Part shown: positions 37,552 to 47,356 of the stretch, in pieces | How positions within the stretch are numbered: position 1 is the stretch's first letter | Layout: every line of letters starts with the position of its first letter | NCBI GenBank assembly: GCA_035710745.1 | Contig: DASTCX010000035.1 | Coordinates: 30,891 to 94,890, forward strand | Direction of reading: 5' to 3' | DNA: 64,000 nucleotides | Origin: Candidatus Eremiobacteraceae bacterium | GTDB lineage: Bacteria > Vulcanimicrobiota > Vulcanimicrobiia > Eremiobacterales > Eremiobacteraceae | Notes under the pieces: model-generated | What the model was told of the DNA's origin: nothing | What the model saw: the letters and a program-made list of their open reading frames with translations, nothing else | The model's database searches: none | Program-made: the position numbers and the translations under genes

Positions 37552-37932
37552 CTACTTAGGCTCGAGCAATTCGACAGGGATGCCGTTGGGATCTTCGACG
37601 AAGGCAATCCAGCGCGTGCCGCCCGGCGATTTCTTCGGACCTTTGACGACTTTGACGCCTTGGGACTTGAGCTTTTCGCACAGCGCCGGCAGGTCGCCGT
37701 CGATCTCGAGCGCGAGGTGCTCGTAGCGGTTACCGATGTCGTACGGTGCGTGGTCTTCGAGGTCGAAGACGAGTTCGATGTACGCGTTCCAATCGCGGCC
37801 GACGAACGCCATGTCGGCATTGCCTTCGTAGTGCTGCTTGTCGAGCAATTTCAGACCGAGCTTGTTCGTGTAGAAGTCGATCGACTCGTCCATGTCGTTG
37901 ACGAAGATCGAGGTGTGCAGGTAACGGGGCAC
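37552..37932 (-). CDS. VOC-family protein, glyoxalase I-like
   Basis: LHTSIFVNDMDESIDFY..LGLKLL...YEHLALEIDGDL...IAFVEDPNGIPVELL. Confidence 0.75.
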   Translation of the reverse strand: MPRYLHTSIFVNDMDESIDFYTNKLGLKLLDKQHYEGNADMAFVGRDWNAYIELVFDLEDHAPYDIGNRYEHLALEIDGDLPALCEKLKSQGVKVVKGPKKSPGGTRWIAFVEDPNGIPVELLEPK

Positions 37933-37942
37933 GACGAGCCTC

Positions 37943-38350
37943 CTACTTCTTCTTCTTCTTGGCGGTTTTTCTCGGCTTGGCGAGGACGGAGAGTTCCCAG
38001 CGGTAACCGTCGGGGTCGTGGAACCACAGGCCCATGTTCTTCGAGCCAGGTGCCTCCGGACCGATCTCGTCGCCGGGATCCTCGATGACCACTTTGTTCC
38101 GCTTCAGCTGCTTGAGCGCTGCGCGCAACGCAGCCATGCTGGAGAGGTGGAACGAGATGTGGTCGATCGCCTCGGGCCGCGGCGTGCCCTTGATGAGGAC
38201 GATGCCGATGTCATTGGTGCCGACGACCGCACCGTTCGGGAACTCGAATTCTTTCTTGACATTGAGGTTCTTCATCCACCATGCGGCGGCGCGTTTTGGG
38301 TCGCGGACCGCGATGCAGAAGTGGCCGATCGTGCCAAGGCGTATGGGCAT
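37943..38350 (-). CDS. VOC-family (glyoxalase/bleomycin resistance/dioxygenase) protein with poly-Lys tail
   Basis: IGHFCIAVRDPKRAAAWW...HISFHLS...WFHDPDGYRWEL. The C-terminus ends KTAKKKKK. Confidence 0.7.
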   Translation of the reverse strand: MPIRLGTIGHFCIAVRDPKRAAAWWMKNLNVKKEFEFPNGAVVGTNDIGIVLIKGTPRPEAIDHISFHLSSMAALRAALKQLKRNKVVIEDPGDEIGPEAPGSKNMGLWFHDPDGYRWELSVLAKPRKTAKKKKK

Positions 38351-38423
38351 TGAGTCGCTCCTTTCGGGAGGGGACGATTGGACTTCGCGCGCGATTTCGC
38401 CTTGGCGTGAAGCGGGCCGCGGG

Positions 38424-39281
38424 TCAGTAGTCGACGGGACGCAGGTAGAACTCGTTGATCGCGGTGTTCGAGATCATCGCCGTCGTCGCGAGATGACGCT
38501 TCCAGTGCGTCGCGTCGACGCGCCGTTTCACGAGGAGCACATCCTTCTTGGCGAAGCCGCTCGCGATGATGTCGTCGACGTCGTGCCCGGAGAGCAGGCG
38601 GCTCAGGATACGGTCGGCCTGCGCGTACGTGATGCCGAGGTCGTCTTCGTCGGTTTGACCGCGGATGAGGTCCGCGGTCGCGGGCTTCTCGATGATCGCG
38701 CGCGGCACACCGAGATGTCGCGCGAGCGCCCACACTTGCGTCTTGAAGAGGTCGCCGATCGGATTGATCGGCGGCGAATCGTCGCCGTGCCAGGTGAAGT
38801 AGCCGAACATCCGCTCCGATTTGTTGCCGGTCCCGATAGGGAGGCCGCCGATCTTCGCCGATTGGTCGAAGAGGGCGATCATCCGGACGCGCGCCATGAC
38901 GTTGCCGCGGCGCTGCGCGCCGGCGTCCGGTTCTTGCGCCAGGTAACCGTCGACGGCGGCCGTGATGTCGACGACGCGGTCGCGGATGCCCGTCTTTTCG
39001 ATGACGAGCCGGCCGTGCTTCGCGCTCGTCGGGCTCGATGTCGCGTACGGCATGCGGACACCGAGCACGTTCTCGGGCCCGAGGGCGCGGGCGCATAGAA
39101 ATGCGACGACGGCGGAGTCGACGCCACCGGAGATGCCGACGACCGCTTTCCTGATATCGCGCGCGACGACGAGTTCGTCGCGGAGAAAGCGGACGAGCCA
39201 GCGTTCGACGAGCGCCGGATCGATGCGCAGTTCGTCGTCAGCGGTTTGGGTCGGACGGACGATGCGGAAGGCGGTCTTCAT
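38424..39281 (-). CDS. nadE: NAD+ synthetase (synthetase subunit)
   Basis: PP-loop ISGGVDSAVVAFL, GTGNKSE, YFTWHGD. The ATG overlaps the stop of the upstream C-N hydrolase gene (ATGA). Confidence 0.88.
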   Translation of the reverse strand: MKTAFRIVRPTQTADDELRIDPALVERWLVRFLRDELVVARDIRKAVVGISGGVDSAVVAFLCARALGPENVLGVRMPYATSSPTSAKHGRLVIEKTGIRDRVVDITAAVDGYLAQEPDAGAQRRGNVMARVRMIALFDQSAKIGGLPIGTGNKSERMFGYFTWHGDDSPPINPIGDLFKTQVWALARHLGVPRAIIEKPATADLIRGQTDEDDLGITYAQADRILSRLLSGHDVDDIIASGFAKKDVLLVKRRVDATHWKRHLATTAMISNTAINEFYLRPVDY

Positions 39282-40288
39282 GTGCGACGGGAGGGCTTGG
39301 AGCGTTGACGCGGCCGCGGCCGAAGCGCGGCCTCGTCATCGAGCATCGCAGTGAGCTCCGCAAGATTCGCTTCGAGGTCGCCGAGCATGGGAAGCGCGGC
39401 ACGAGCCGCGGTGAGGTCGACCGGATCGACGTCGACCCGGAGGATCGCCGGTGAGTCGAAGGGCGCTTCAGCTCGCAGATCGCCGAACGGTCCGATGAGG
39501 CGCGACGATCCGGTGAAGCCTTTGCCGCCTTCGAAACCGAGCAGGCCGGAATACGCGATGAATATGCCGTGCTCGGCGGCTGCGACCCGCGTGATGTCGC
39601 GCCAGAGGCGGACATTGGCGGGCTCGGCATCTTCGAGGCCTCGGCCGGGCGACGCGCTCGGGATATAGAGGATCTGCGCGCCGCGCAAAGCGGCGATGGT
39701 CGTCGACAGCGAGTGGCACGCGTCTTCGCAGATGAGGATGGCGGCGCGCCCGTGCGGCGTGTCAAACGCTTCGATCGTGCGTCCGCGCGACACGAAGCGC
39801 TCTTCATCGAAGACGCCGTACGTCGCGAGGAAAAGTTTTCGGTGGACGTGACGGATCGCACCGTTGCGCCCGAGCGTCGCGTAAAGAGCGCTATTGTAGA
39901 GTTTGCCGCCGTCGGCTTCGTAGAATCCGGCTACGATGTCGAACGACGGATGCGAAGCGCCGAGCGCTTTGGCAGCGGTCGCACGGAGACGTTTGAAAAG
40001 GTCGTCGGACGTCAGCGCGACTTCGCGGACCGCGCCCTCGACGAAGTAACCGGACAGACACGCTTCGGGGAAGACGATGACATCGGGGAACGGCGCCCGG
40101 TCGCGCTTCAACGCGGCAAGCGCATCGCCGATCGCTGCAAGATTCGCGTCGACGTCGCCCTTCACCGGAGCGAATTGGACAAGTGCGAGGCCGATCGGCC
40201 TGCCGCCCTTGGGCGAGCGAGCGCCGTTCGGCTTCGGTCGGGGCACGATTCCGAGCGGTTTGATCTCCCGCTGCGCGCGCCGTTTCAT
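39278..40288 (-). CDS. Carbon-nitrogen hydrolase (nitrilase superfamily), probable glutaminase subunit of NAD synthetase
   Basis: Glu-Lys-Cys triad context VIVFPEACLSGY, HRKLFL, AILICEDACH. Start ATG 40288; the 393-aa ORF in the track is over-extended. Confidence 0.75.
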   Translation of the reverse strand: MKRRAQREIKPLGIVPRPKPNGARSPKGGRPIGLALVQFAPVKGDVDANLAAIGDALAALKRDRAPFPDVIVFPEACLSGYFVEGAVREVALTSDDLFKRLRATAAKALGASHPSFDIVAGFYEADGGKLYNSALYATLGRNGAIRHVHRKLFLATYGVFDEERFVSRGRTIEAFDTPHGRAAILICEDACHSLSTTIAALRGAQILYIPSASPGRGLEDAEPANVRLWRDITRVAAAEHGIFIAYSGLLGFEGGKGFTGSSRLIGPFGDLRAEAPFDSPAILRVDVDPVDLTAARAALPMLGDLEANLAELTAMLDDEAALRPRPRQRSKPSRRT

Positions 40289-40382
40289 CGCTTGGTCGTT
40301 CTTCGACGGCGATGGTATCTCCGGTGCCCGCGTACTGGCGTTCCGATTGACACCGGTGCGACGAACGTGGCAGACTGCCCCC

Positions 40383-41102
40383 ATGGATATAGCGGACGCG
40401 GTGTTCGAGGTACAGCGGTCGGCGCAGCGCGCACACTTCGACCATGGCTGGCTCGACACGTATCATTCGTTCAGCTTCGCTGATTATCATGACTCGCAGA
40501 ACGTCCATTGGGGCGTGTTGCGCGTGTTCAACGACGATCGAGTGGCGCCGGGCGGCGCCTTCGGTTTGCACCCGCATCGCGACATGGAGATCGTGACGTA
40601 CGTCTTGTCGGGCAGGCTCGTGCACGAGGATAGCATGGGCAATCGCGGCGTCGTAGGGCCGGGCGGCGTTCAGTACATGAGCGCAGGCACCGGTGTGCGG
40701 CATTCGGAGGCGAACGACTCCGATACGGAACCGCTGCATTTCGTGCAGATGTGGGTGTTGCCGGCGCATCGCGGCGCGACGCCGCAATACGGTCAAAAGG
40801 CGTTTTCGCTCGAAGAGCGGTTGGGCAGTTGGTTGCCGGTCGCTTCGGGCGTGCATGGTCTGTATGCCCCGATTTCGATCGGCCAATCGGCCGCTTTCTT
40901 CGTGCTCCGCCTCGAAGGCAATTCTACCGCGCACTCTTTTGCCTCCGGCCGGCTCGGGTTCTTGTTCGTCGCGGATGGCGACGTGAAAGCGAACGGCGTT
41001 TCGCTTTCTGGAGGCGATGCCGTCCGTTTTTCGGGCGTCGATCGGCTCGATGTCAGCGGCACGGGTGACCTGCTTCTCTGGGACCTCGCGCCCGCAGATT
41101 AA
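40383..41102 (+). CDS. Pirin-family protein (YhhW-like)
   Basis: GWLDTYHSFSFADYH, GFGLHPHRDMEIVTYVLSGRLVHEDSMGN, YMSAGTGVRHSE. Confidence 0.88.
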   Translation: MDIADAVFEVQRSAQRAHFDHGWLDTYHSFSFADYHDSQNVHWGVLRVFNDDRVAPGGAFGLHPHRDMEIVTYVLSGRLVHEDSMGNRGVVGPGGVQYMSAGTGVRHSEANDSDTEPLHFVQMWVLPAHRGATPQYGQKAFSLEERLGSWLPVASGVHGLYAPISIGQSAAFFVLRLEGNSTAHSFASGRLGFLFVADGDVKANGVSLSGGDAVRFSGVDRLDVSGTGDLLLWDLAPAD

Positions 41103-41105
41103 GAG

Positions 41106-41124
41106 CTATCCACAACGTGGATAA
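41106..41124. promoter_or_regulatory. Inverted pair of DnaA-box-like 9-mers
   Basis: CTATCCACA (41106..41114, 8/9 to TTATCCACA) and, on the other strand, TTATCCACG (41124..41116, 8/9). Together they form the palindrome TATCCAC-AAC-GTGGATA about 110 bp upstream of the putative nrdJ promoter. Confidence 0.35.
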
Positions 41125-41209
41125 GCGGGGGATAGAACCTGCGGGAATTCGCGCAAATGCCCGTCATATAAGGCATTCCCGTTGAACAAACGGGTGTTCG
41201 AAAAAACTC

Positions 41210-41274
41210 TTGCGGCGGCAACATAACCGCTATATAATGTGGTCTACAAGGTCCGCCACCACTACGGATGGGGG
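41210..41274 (+). promoter_or_regulatory. Putative nrdJ promoter with overlapping NrdR-box-like sites
   Basis: TTGCGG (41210..41215), a 17-nt spacer, TATAAT (41233..41238). CCGCTATATAATGTGG (41227..41242) matches 11/16 of the NrdR-box pattern acaCwAtATaTwGtgt. A weaker site CCACTACGGATGGGGC (41259..41274, 9/16) lies 32 bp centre-to-centre downstream. Confidence 0.4.
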
Positions 41275-41376
41275 CGAACCGCCGTTCGTAGAACACGCGT
41301 GTGATTCCGTTCGGCCACCCGAGCCTCTTAGGGCCTCGGGTCTTACGTCGCCCTCAAGAAAGGTACGCACGATTCG

Positions 41377-44300
41377 ATGAAGATCCAGCGCCGCTTCACC
41401 CAAACCGGCCTCGACCCGCTCGACGGTATGGAATGGGAGAAACGCGAGTCGGTCATTCGCGAGCCGGACGGCAAGGTCGTCTTCGAGATGCGCGACATCG
41501 AGGTGCCCGCGAGCTGGTCGCAAGTCGCGACCGATATTCTCGCCCAGAAGTATTTCCGCAAGGCCGGCGTGCCGCAGCCGGACGGATCGCTCGGACGCGA
41601 GACCTCGTTGCGCCAAGTCGTTCGCCGTCTTGCCGGATGCTGGACCGATTGGGGCCGGCGCTACAACTATTTCGACACGGCTGACGACGCGGCCGCGTTC
41701 GACGCCGAGATGTCGTACATGCTCGCGAACCAGATGGCGGCTCCGAACTCGCCGCAATGGTTCAACACCGGTCTTGCGTATGCGTACGGGATCAACGGTC
41801 CTGCGCAAGGTCACTACTACGTCGATCCGGATTCGCACGAGCTCGTGCAGTCGAAGGATGCGTACACGCATCCGCAACCGCATGCGTGCTTTATCCAGTC
41901 CGTCGACGACGATCTCGTCAACGGCAACGGGATCATGGACCTATGGGTTCGCGAAGCGCGGCTGTTTAAATACGGAAGTGGATGCATTTCGGAACGAGCG
42001 TTCGTTCCCATCGTCGGACGCGGACTTGTGCGCATCGGCGACCTTTTTAAGGAAGTATCGAAGCAACGTCCTGTCGTCAATTTCGACGGCAAGGGCAAGT
42101 ATGTCGCAGTCGGTGATCTTCATTTGAAGACCCTGTCGCTCGACCGCGAAACCGGGAAGATCGTAGAAGATCCAATCGACTTCGTCTGGTCGTACGATGT
42201 TGCAAAAGACGACAAAGTCACGGTTCGCTTCGATACGGGCGCCAACGCGACCGTATCTGCGTGGCATCCGTTCATGGTTTGGAATGGATCGGATATCGTC
42301 GAGCGCAGAGCGGACCAGTTGACGAGTGGCGATGCGGTAATCGGCCCGAACTCGACTGCAAAAGACGCGATGGATGATGCGACCGCGACGCGCGTCTTGA
42401 CGTTCACGGCACCGTGGTTCCGCCGTTCGAAGCTTCATGCAGTAACGGCTGATGCCGATATCGCTTGGCTGGTCGGGTACTTCCTTGGCGACGGCAACCT
42501 CGGGTATCGCAAGCAAACGATCGAGCGCGGAGTACGACATTACGAATACCGCTCGTTGCGCGTTCGGTTCTTCGACGAGGACCGTGAGCCGCTCGAAAAG
42601 GTCGCTAACATCCTTCGCAAGCGGTTTGGTGCCGCCTCGTCCATCGCCCGCGATTCCGAGAGTAAGTGCTTAGCACTTACGTGCACGAAGGCGGCTGTCT
42701 GCGCTTTCTTCAAGGAGTTCGTGCACGCGCCAGGTTCGAAGGGCGCTTCGTTGCGGATTCCCGATTTCGTCCGTCAAGGCACCACCGCGATCCAATATGC
42801 CTTCTTGGCTGGCTTGATCGACTCGGACGGAACAGCTGCAAACTCGCGCGCGACCTTTACGTCCGAGACGAAGGCGTTCGTCGAAGAGGTGGCGGCGATG
42901 GCTTCGCTGCTGGCTATGGGCGGCGGGGTTGTTGCCAACCGAACGGTTTGGACGACGACGATTGTCCGACGCTCTGCCCCCCGTGCCCGAGCCGCATTGA
43001 TAGCGCAGCATTTAGCCACGCCGAAGCATGCAATCGCGCTGAGCGAGACCGACAAGCCTCGGCGGCGCAGCCACTGCCTGCCGCTAAACGACGAACTCGG
43101 ACGACAAGTCTTTGCCCGTCGAGATCGCTATGGGCTGCATGGTCTCGTCGGAGATCACAGCTTTCACATCGGTCGCCTGACGTACGAGGGCGTCGTGAAC
43201 CCGGCGAAACTCCAGGTAGCGCTAGGGGAGCGAACTATCGCCGCCGATGAAACCGGCCTCGCGCGACTCGACAGAATAGCGGACGGCATCGCGTTCGTGA
43301 CGGACGTGACGCCGTGCACCGAAGATGTCCCCTTTAACGACCTGACGACGCGCCAAACCAACACGTACCTGGCGGGCGAAAACGGGCTCGTCATGATCCA
43401 CAATACCGGTACCAACTTCTCCAATCTCCGTGGGGAAGGCGAGAAGCTCTCCGGCGGCGGCACGTCGAGCGGACTGATGTCGTTCCTCCGCGTTGGCGAC
43501 CGAGCCGCAGGCGCGATCAAGAGCGGCGGCACGACCAGACGTGCCGCAAAAATGGTTATTCTCGACATGGACCATCCGGATATCGAGAAGTTCATCAACT
43601 GGAAGGTTCAAGAAGAGAAAAAGGTCGCCGCACTGATGGCGGCCGGTTATGACGGCTCGTACGAAGGCGAAGCCTACCAGACGGTTTCGGGCCAGAACTC
43701 AAATAATTCCGTTCGTGTCAGCGATGCCTTCATCGATGCCGTCCGCAAAGACGGTCCGTGGAATTTGCTCTGGCGCAAGACCCCGGGTGTCGCCAAGACG
43801 TTGCGCGCTCGTGATCTATGGGATCAAATCGGGCGTGCGGCCTGGGCATGCGCTGATCCAGGCGTTCAATACGACGACGTAATCAATTCGTGGCATACGT
43901 GTCCGGCTGGCGGGCGTATCCGCGCAAGTAATCCGTGCGTAACGGGCGACACACTCGTTGCCACCGATGCGGGTCCTCGAAGCGTCAGCTCGCTTGTTGG
44001 AACTCGTTTCCATGCGCTTGTGGACGGCGTCGTTTATCCATCAACAAATGCCGGCTTCTTCTTCACTGGGATCAAACCCGTATTCGAAGTCGTGCTCGAC
44101 ACCGGACATACCGTGAAGGCGACGGGGAATCATGAGTTCTTCGCCCTAGACGACGATCGCAATGGCTGGACGCAGGTTGCAAACCTCCGCGTAGGCATGA
44201 TGGTTCGTCTACACACACACGCTGAAGTGTTGGCAGGATCAACAAGGCAGCTACGAGGGAACGGTTCCGACAAGCGGAGCGGACGGATCGTTTCCATTGA

Positions 44301-46629
44301 GTCAGTTGGCGAGGCGCCGGTCTACGATTGCACGATTCCGGGTCCGCACGCGTTTGACGCCAACGGCTTCTACGCGCACAACTGCTCAGAATACATGTTC
44401 CTAGATGACACTGCCTGTAACTTAGCCAGCATCAACCTCATGCGATTCTACGATGCGACGAAGAATCAGTTCGACATCGACGGCTATCGCCACGCGATCA
44501 GACTCTGGACGATCGTGCTCGAGATATCCGTGCTCATGGCGCAGTTCCCGAGCCCGGAGATCGCCCGCAAGTCGTATCAATATCGCACGCTCGGCTTAGG
44601 CTACGCGAACCTCGGCACGCTGCTCATGGTATGGGGCATCCCGTACGATTCACCGCGAGCACTCGCCATCACGGGTGCTTTGAGTGCGATTCTCACAGGC
44701 GAATCATACGCGACGTCGGCAGAGATGGCATCGCAAGTGGGATCGTTCCCGAAGTACGAAGAGAACGCCGAGAACATGTTGCGCGTCATGCGCAACCACC
44801 GGCGCGCCGCATACAACGCGCCCGCGGCCGAGTATGAAGAGATGTCCGTCATCCCGATGGGCATCGACCCATCGCTATGCCCGCCGTATCTACTCGCCGC
44901 GGCGCATGACGCATGGGACCGCGCTGTCGAACTCGGTGAGAAACACGGCTATCGCAACGCACAGGCGACATGCATCGCACCCACCGGCACGATCGGCCTC
45001 CAGATGGACTGCGACACGACCGGCATCGAACCCGACTTCGCGCTCGTCAAGTTCAAGAAGCTTTCGGGCGGCGGATACTTCAAGATCATCAACCAGTCGA
45101 TTCCGGCGGCGCTGCGCAACTTCGGCTACGCGCAGGCTCAGATCGACGATATCGTCCGCTACGCGAAGGGCAGCGGATCGCTCTACGGCGCGCCGTACAT
45201 CAACCATGAGACCTTGCGCGCACGCGGACTCAACGACGAAGATCTCGCGAAGCTCGAGAAGGCCTTGCCGACCGTCTTCGAGCTTGGCTTCGCGTTCAAC
45301 CAATGGACGCTCGGCGAAGCGACGCTCGCGCGGCTCGGGTTAACTCCCGAGCAATACACGGCTTCCGGCTTCGACCTCGTCCGCGAGCTCGGTTTCTCGC
45401 GCGACGAGATCGACGCCGCGAACGACTACATCTGCGGCACGATGACGATCGAGGGTGCGCCGCATCTCAAGGAAGAGCACTACCCAGCCTTCGACTGCGC
45501 GAACAAGTGCGGCAAGAAGGGCAAGCGCTTCATCCACCACATGGGCCACGTGCGCATGATGGCGGCCGCGCAGCCGTTCATAAGCGGGGCGATCTCCAAG
45601 ACGGTCAACGTTCCCAACGAAGCGACTGTCGGCGATATCGAAGAGGCCTACATGCGCTCCTGGGAGCTCGGCGTCAAAGCGATCGCGTTGTATCGCGACG
45701 GCTCGAAACTCTCGCAGCCGCTCTCGAACAAAGGCACCGACAAGACGAGCGACAAGGCGGCCGACGATCGCCAGCTCGCGCTAAGCCCGGAGCTCGAGGA
45801 GCAGCTCGCGGCCGCTCGCAAAGCGCGCGCCGAAGAGCTCGGTCCCGACGAGATCCTCGCCGCCGCCAAGCGCATCCTCGCGAACGCGACGAACACGGAC
45901 TTCAAGCGCAAAGTCGCTCAAGCGCTCGAGCGCAACCGGCTGCCGGCCAAACGTCGCGGCTGGACGCAAAAAGCGAAGATCGCGGGCCACACGGTCTTCT
46001 TGCGCACCGGCGAATATGCGGATGGTACGCTCGGCGAGATCTTCGTCGATCTCCACAAAGAAGGGGCGTCGTTCCGCAGTCTTATGAACTGCTTTGCGAT
46101 AGCCGTATCGATCGGTCTCCAGTACGGCGTGCCGCTCGAGGAGTTCGTCGAGAAGTTCACCTTCACACGCTTCGAGCCGAACGGCTTCGTCGACCACCCC
46201 AACGTCAAGTACTGCACGAGCGTCATCGACTACATCTTCCGCGTCCTCGGCATGGAGTATCTCGGTCGCACCGATTTCGTCCAGGTCAAACCGGAAGACC
46301 GCGACGTAGACGACCCGCACCACGACGACCACGCGATCGCGGAATTCGACGCGCTCGTCTCGGCCCAGCAGGCCGCCGACGAGCCGAAACCGGCTCCGAT
46401 GAAGCGCGCGCTGCCCGCCGACGCGGAAGCGTCACGCTCGCAGATCGCGGCCGCGAAGAACATCGATCCCGGGCTCGCACAGCAGCTGAACGCGTTGCGT
46501 TCGCAGCAGGCGCAGCTCGCGTCGATGATGGGTGACGCACCGCTCTGCGACACGTGCGGCTCGCTCACGAGGCGCAACGGCGCGTGCTACGTCTGCGATT
46601 CGTGCGGTCGAAGCATGGGCTGCTCGTAA
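41377..46629 (+). CDS. nrdJ: Adenosylcobalamin-dependent (class II) ribonucleotide reductase, precursor containing two inteins
   Basis: 1750-aa ORF. Extein motifs [104 protein letters not shown], and the C-terminal [21 protein letters not shown] tail. Confidence 0.92.
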   Translation: MKIQRRFTQTGLDPLDGMEWEKRESVIREPDGKVVFEMRDIEVPASWSQVATDILAQKYFRKAGVPQPDGSLGRETSLRQVVRRLAGCWTDWGRRYNYFDTADDAAAFDAEMSYMLANQMAAPNSPQWFNTGLAYAYGINGPAQGHYYVDPDSHELVQSKDAYTHPQPHACFIQSVDDDLVNGNGIMDLWVREARLFKYGSGCISERAFVPIVGRGLVRIGDLFKEVSKQRPVVNFDGKGKYVAVGDLHLKTLSLDRETGKIVEDPIDFVWSYDVAKDDKVTVRFDTGANATVSAWHPFMVWNGSDIVERRADQLTSGDAVIGPNSTAKDAMDDATATRVLTFTAPWFRRSKLHAVTADADIAWLVGYFLGDGNLGYRKQTIERGVRHYEYRSLRVRFFDEDREPLEKVANILRKRFGAASSIARDSESKCLALTCTKAAVCAFFKEFVHAPGSKGASLRIPDFVRQGTTAIQYAFLAGLIDSDGTAANSRATFTSETKAFVEEVAAMASLLAMGGGVVANRTVWTTTIVRRSAPRARAALIAQHLATPKHAIALSETDKPRRRSHCLPLNDELGRQVFARRDRYGLHGLVGDHSFHIGRLTYEGVVNPAKLQVALGERTIAADETGLARLDRIADGIAFVTDVTPCTEDVPFNDLTTRQTNTYLAGENGLVMIHNTGTNFSNLRGEGEKLSGGGTSSGLMSFLRVGDRAAGAIKSGGTTRRAAKMVILDMDHPDIEKFINWKVQEEKKVAALMAAGYDGSYEGEAYQTVSGQNSNNSVRVSDAFIDAVRKDGPWNLLWRKTPGVAKTLRARDLWDQIGRAAWACADPGVQYDDVINSWHTCPAGGRIRASNPCVTGDTLVATDAGPRSVSSLVGTRFHALVDGVVYPSTNAGFFFTGIKPVFEVVLDTGHTVKATGNHEFFALDDDRNGWTQVANLRVGMMVRLHTHAEVLAGSTRQLRGNGSDKRSGRIVSIESVGEAPVYDCTIPGPHAFDANGFYAHNCSEYMFLDDTACNLASINLMRFYDATKNQFDIDGYRHAIRLWTIVLEISVLMAQFPSPEIARKSYQYRTLGLGYANLGTLLMVWGIPYDSPRALAITGALSAILTGESYATSAEMASQVGSFPKYEENAENMLRVMRNHRRAAYNAPAAEYEEMSVIPMGIDPSLCPPYLLAAAHDAWDRAVELGEKHGYRNAQATCIAPTGTIGLQMDCDTTGIEPDFALVKFKKLSGGGYFKIINQSIPAALRNFGYAQAQIDDIVRYAKGSGSLYGAPYINHETLRARGLNDEDLAKLEKALPTVFELGFAFNQWTLGEATLARLGLTPEQYTASGFDLVRELGFSRDEIDAANDYICGTMTIEGAPHLKEEHYPAFDCANKCGKKGKRFIHHMGHVRMMAAAQPFISGAISKTVNVPNEATVGDIEEAYMRSWELGVKAIALYRDGSKLSQPLSNKGTDKTSDKAADDRQLALSPELEEQLAAARKARAEELGPDEILAAAKRILANATNTDFKRKVAQALERNRLPAKRRGWTQKAKIAGHTVFLRTGEYADGTLGEIFVDLHKEGASFRSLMNCFAIAVSIGLQYGVPLEEFVEKFTFTRFEPNGFVDHPNVKYCTSVIDYIFRVLGMEYLGRTDFVQVKPEDRDVDDPHHDDHAIAEFDALVSAQQAADEPKPAPMKRALPADAEASRSQIAAAKNIDPGLAQQLNALRSQQAQLASMMGDAPLCDTCGSLTRRNGACYVCDSCGRSMGCS
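41983..43404 (+). mobile_element. Intein 1 (474 aa) with LAGLIDADG homing endonuclease domain
   Basis: Starts with Cys ([11 protein letters not shown]) and has a block-B-like TVSAWHPF. Two LAGLIDADG motifs ([26 protein letters not shown]). Ends LVMIHN followed by Thr. Sampled GC is about 54% versus about 66-70% in the flanks. Confidence 0.88.
43936..44382 (+). mobile_element. Intein 2 (149-aa mini-intein, no endonuclease domain)
   Basis: [45 protein letters not shown] followed by Cys. Inserted between SNP and CSEY of the RNR active-site motif. Reduced GC. Confidence 0.88.
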
Positions 46630-46660
46630 GAGCACTCTCCAACCGTACCAGAAGCATGCC

Positions 46661-46696
46661 GAAGACGGCGTACAAACGCGCCGTCTTCATTCTTGA
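46661..46696 (+). terminator. Rho-independent terminator after nrdJ
   Basis: Stem GAAGACGGCG / CGCCGTCTTC with an 8-nt loop, followed by ATTCTTGA. Confidence 0.7.
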
Positions 46697-46740
46697 TATC
46701 GAAGATAATTTCGAGGCCGCCAGAGAACACGACCACTCAC

Positions 46741-47133
46741 ATGATAAAAGTGCCCGCGGATCTTCGCAAAGCCCTCGCAGCCGCGCCGGCATCCAAGGCG
46801 CTATGGGGCGATCTGACGCCCATCGCGCGTATGGACTTCGTCAGTTGGATCGAGGCCGCCAAACAACCTGAGACGCGGAGACGCCGGATCGAGCGGGCTT
46901 GCGACATGCTCGAAAAGGGCAAGCGGCGTCCCTGCTGTTATTCGATCGTGCCGTTGGATTTCCACAACGCTCTCGCCGCTGCACCCACGGCGAAGGCCGC
47001 GTGGGGCGGCCTCACGTCGACCGCGCGCAGAGACCTTCTTCGTTCGATCGAGGCCGGCAAGCAACCGGATAAACGCAAGAGCCGGATCGAGAAGGTCTGC
47101 CTACAGCTCGCGACGCGAAAGCGACGACCCTAA
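46741..47133 (+). CDS. Tandem-duplicated YdeI/OmdA-like domain protein
   Basis: Two colinear halves: VPADLRKALAAAPASKALWGDLTPIARMDFVSWIEAAKQPETRRRRIERACDMLEKGKRRP and LDFHNALAAAPTAKAAWGGLTSTARRDLLRSIEAGKQPDKRKSRIEKVCLQLATRKRRP. Confidence 0.7.
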   Translation: MIKVPADLRKALAAAPASKALWGDLTPIARMDFVSWIEAAKQPETRRRRIERACDMLEKGKRRPCCYSIVPLDFHNALAAAPTAKAAWGGLTSTARRDLLRSIEAGKQPDKRKSRIEKVCLQLATRKRRP

Positions 47134-47144
47134 GGCTCCCGTCT

Positions 47145-47327
47145 TCAATGGCCGAGATGCCAGCCGTGCCTATCGCAAGAATAGGGCCGTAGCCGGACGC
47201 TCGTGTTCGGGATCGCCTTCTCCGCATCGCGCCGCGACCTGAACGACGACTTCGGCGCGCCGTTCTGCTTAAAGCACGACCGAGGGCCGCCCGATTTACG
47301 GCGCGGGCGTTCGCCTTTCAATGCCAC
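47145..47327 (-). CDS. Small basic protein (60 aa) with C-terminal ..YSCDRHGWHLGH motif
   Basis: GTG start and high GC3. The pattern F-x-S-x2-DAEKA-x10-RPYSC-x3-GWHLGH resembles a widespread family of small Arg-rich putative zinc-binding proteins (recollection only). Confidence 0.45.
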   Translation of the reverse strand: MALKGERPRRKSGGPRSCFKQNGAPKSSFRSRRDAEKAIPNTSVRLRPYSCDRHGWHLGH

Positions 47328-47356
47328 ACCACGGACCCCACGGACCCTTCGGCCGC

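Noticed and set aside
41178-41206. Hairpin CCCGTT-GAACA-AACGGG followed by TGTTCGAAAAAA, as a terminator of the pirin gene.
   Set aside because: The stem is only 6 bp and is followed by an A-run rather than a T-run on the plus strand. On the minus strand the T-run precedes the stem. This is too weak to call.
41245-41376. Cobalamin riboswitch in the nrdJ leader (GGTCCGCCACCACTAC resembles the GCCACTG core/B12 box).
   Set aside because: The match has an insertion, and the other conserved riboswitch elements (the GGGAA..GGTG..AA..CC stems) are absent. B12 riboswitches normally repress B12-independent isozymes, not nrdJ.
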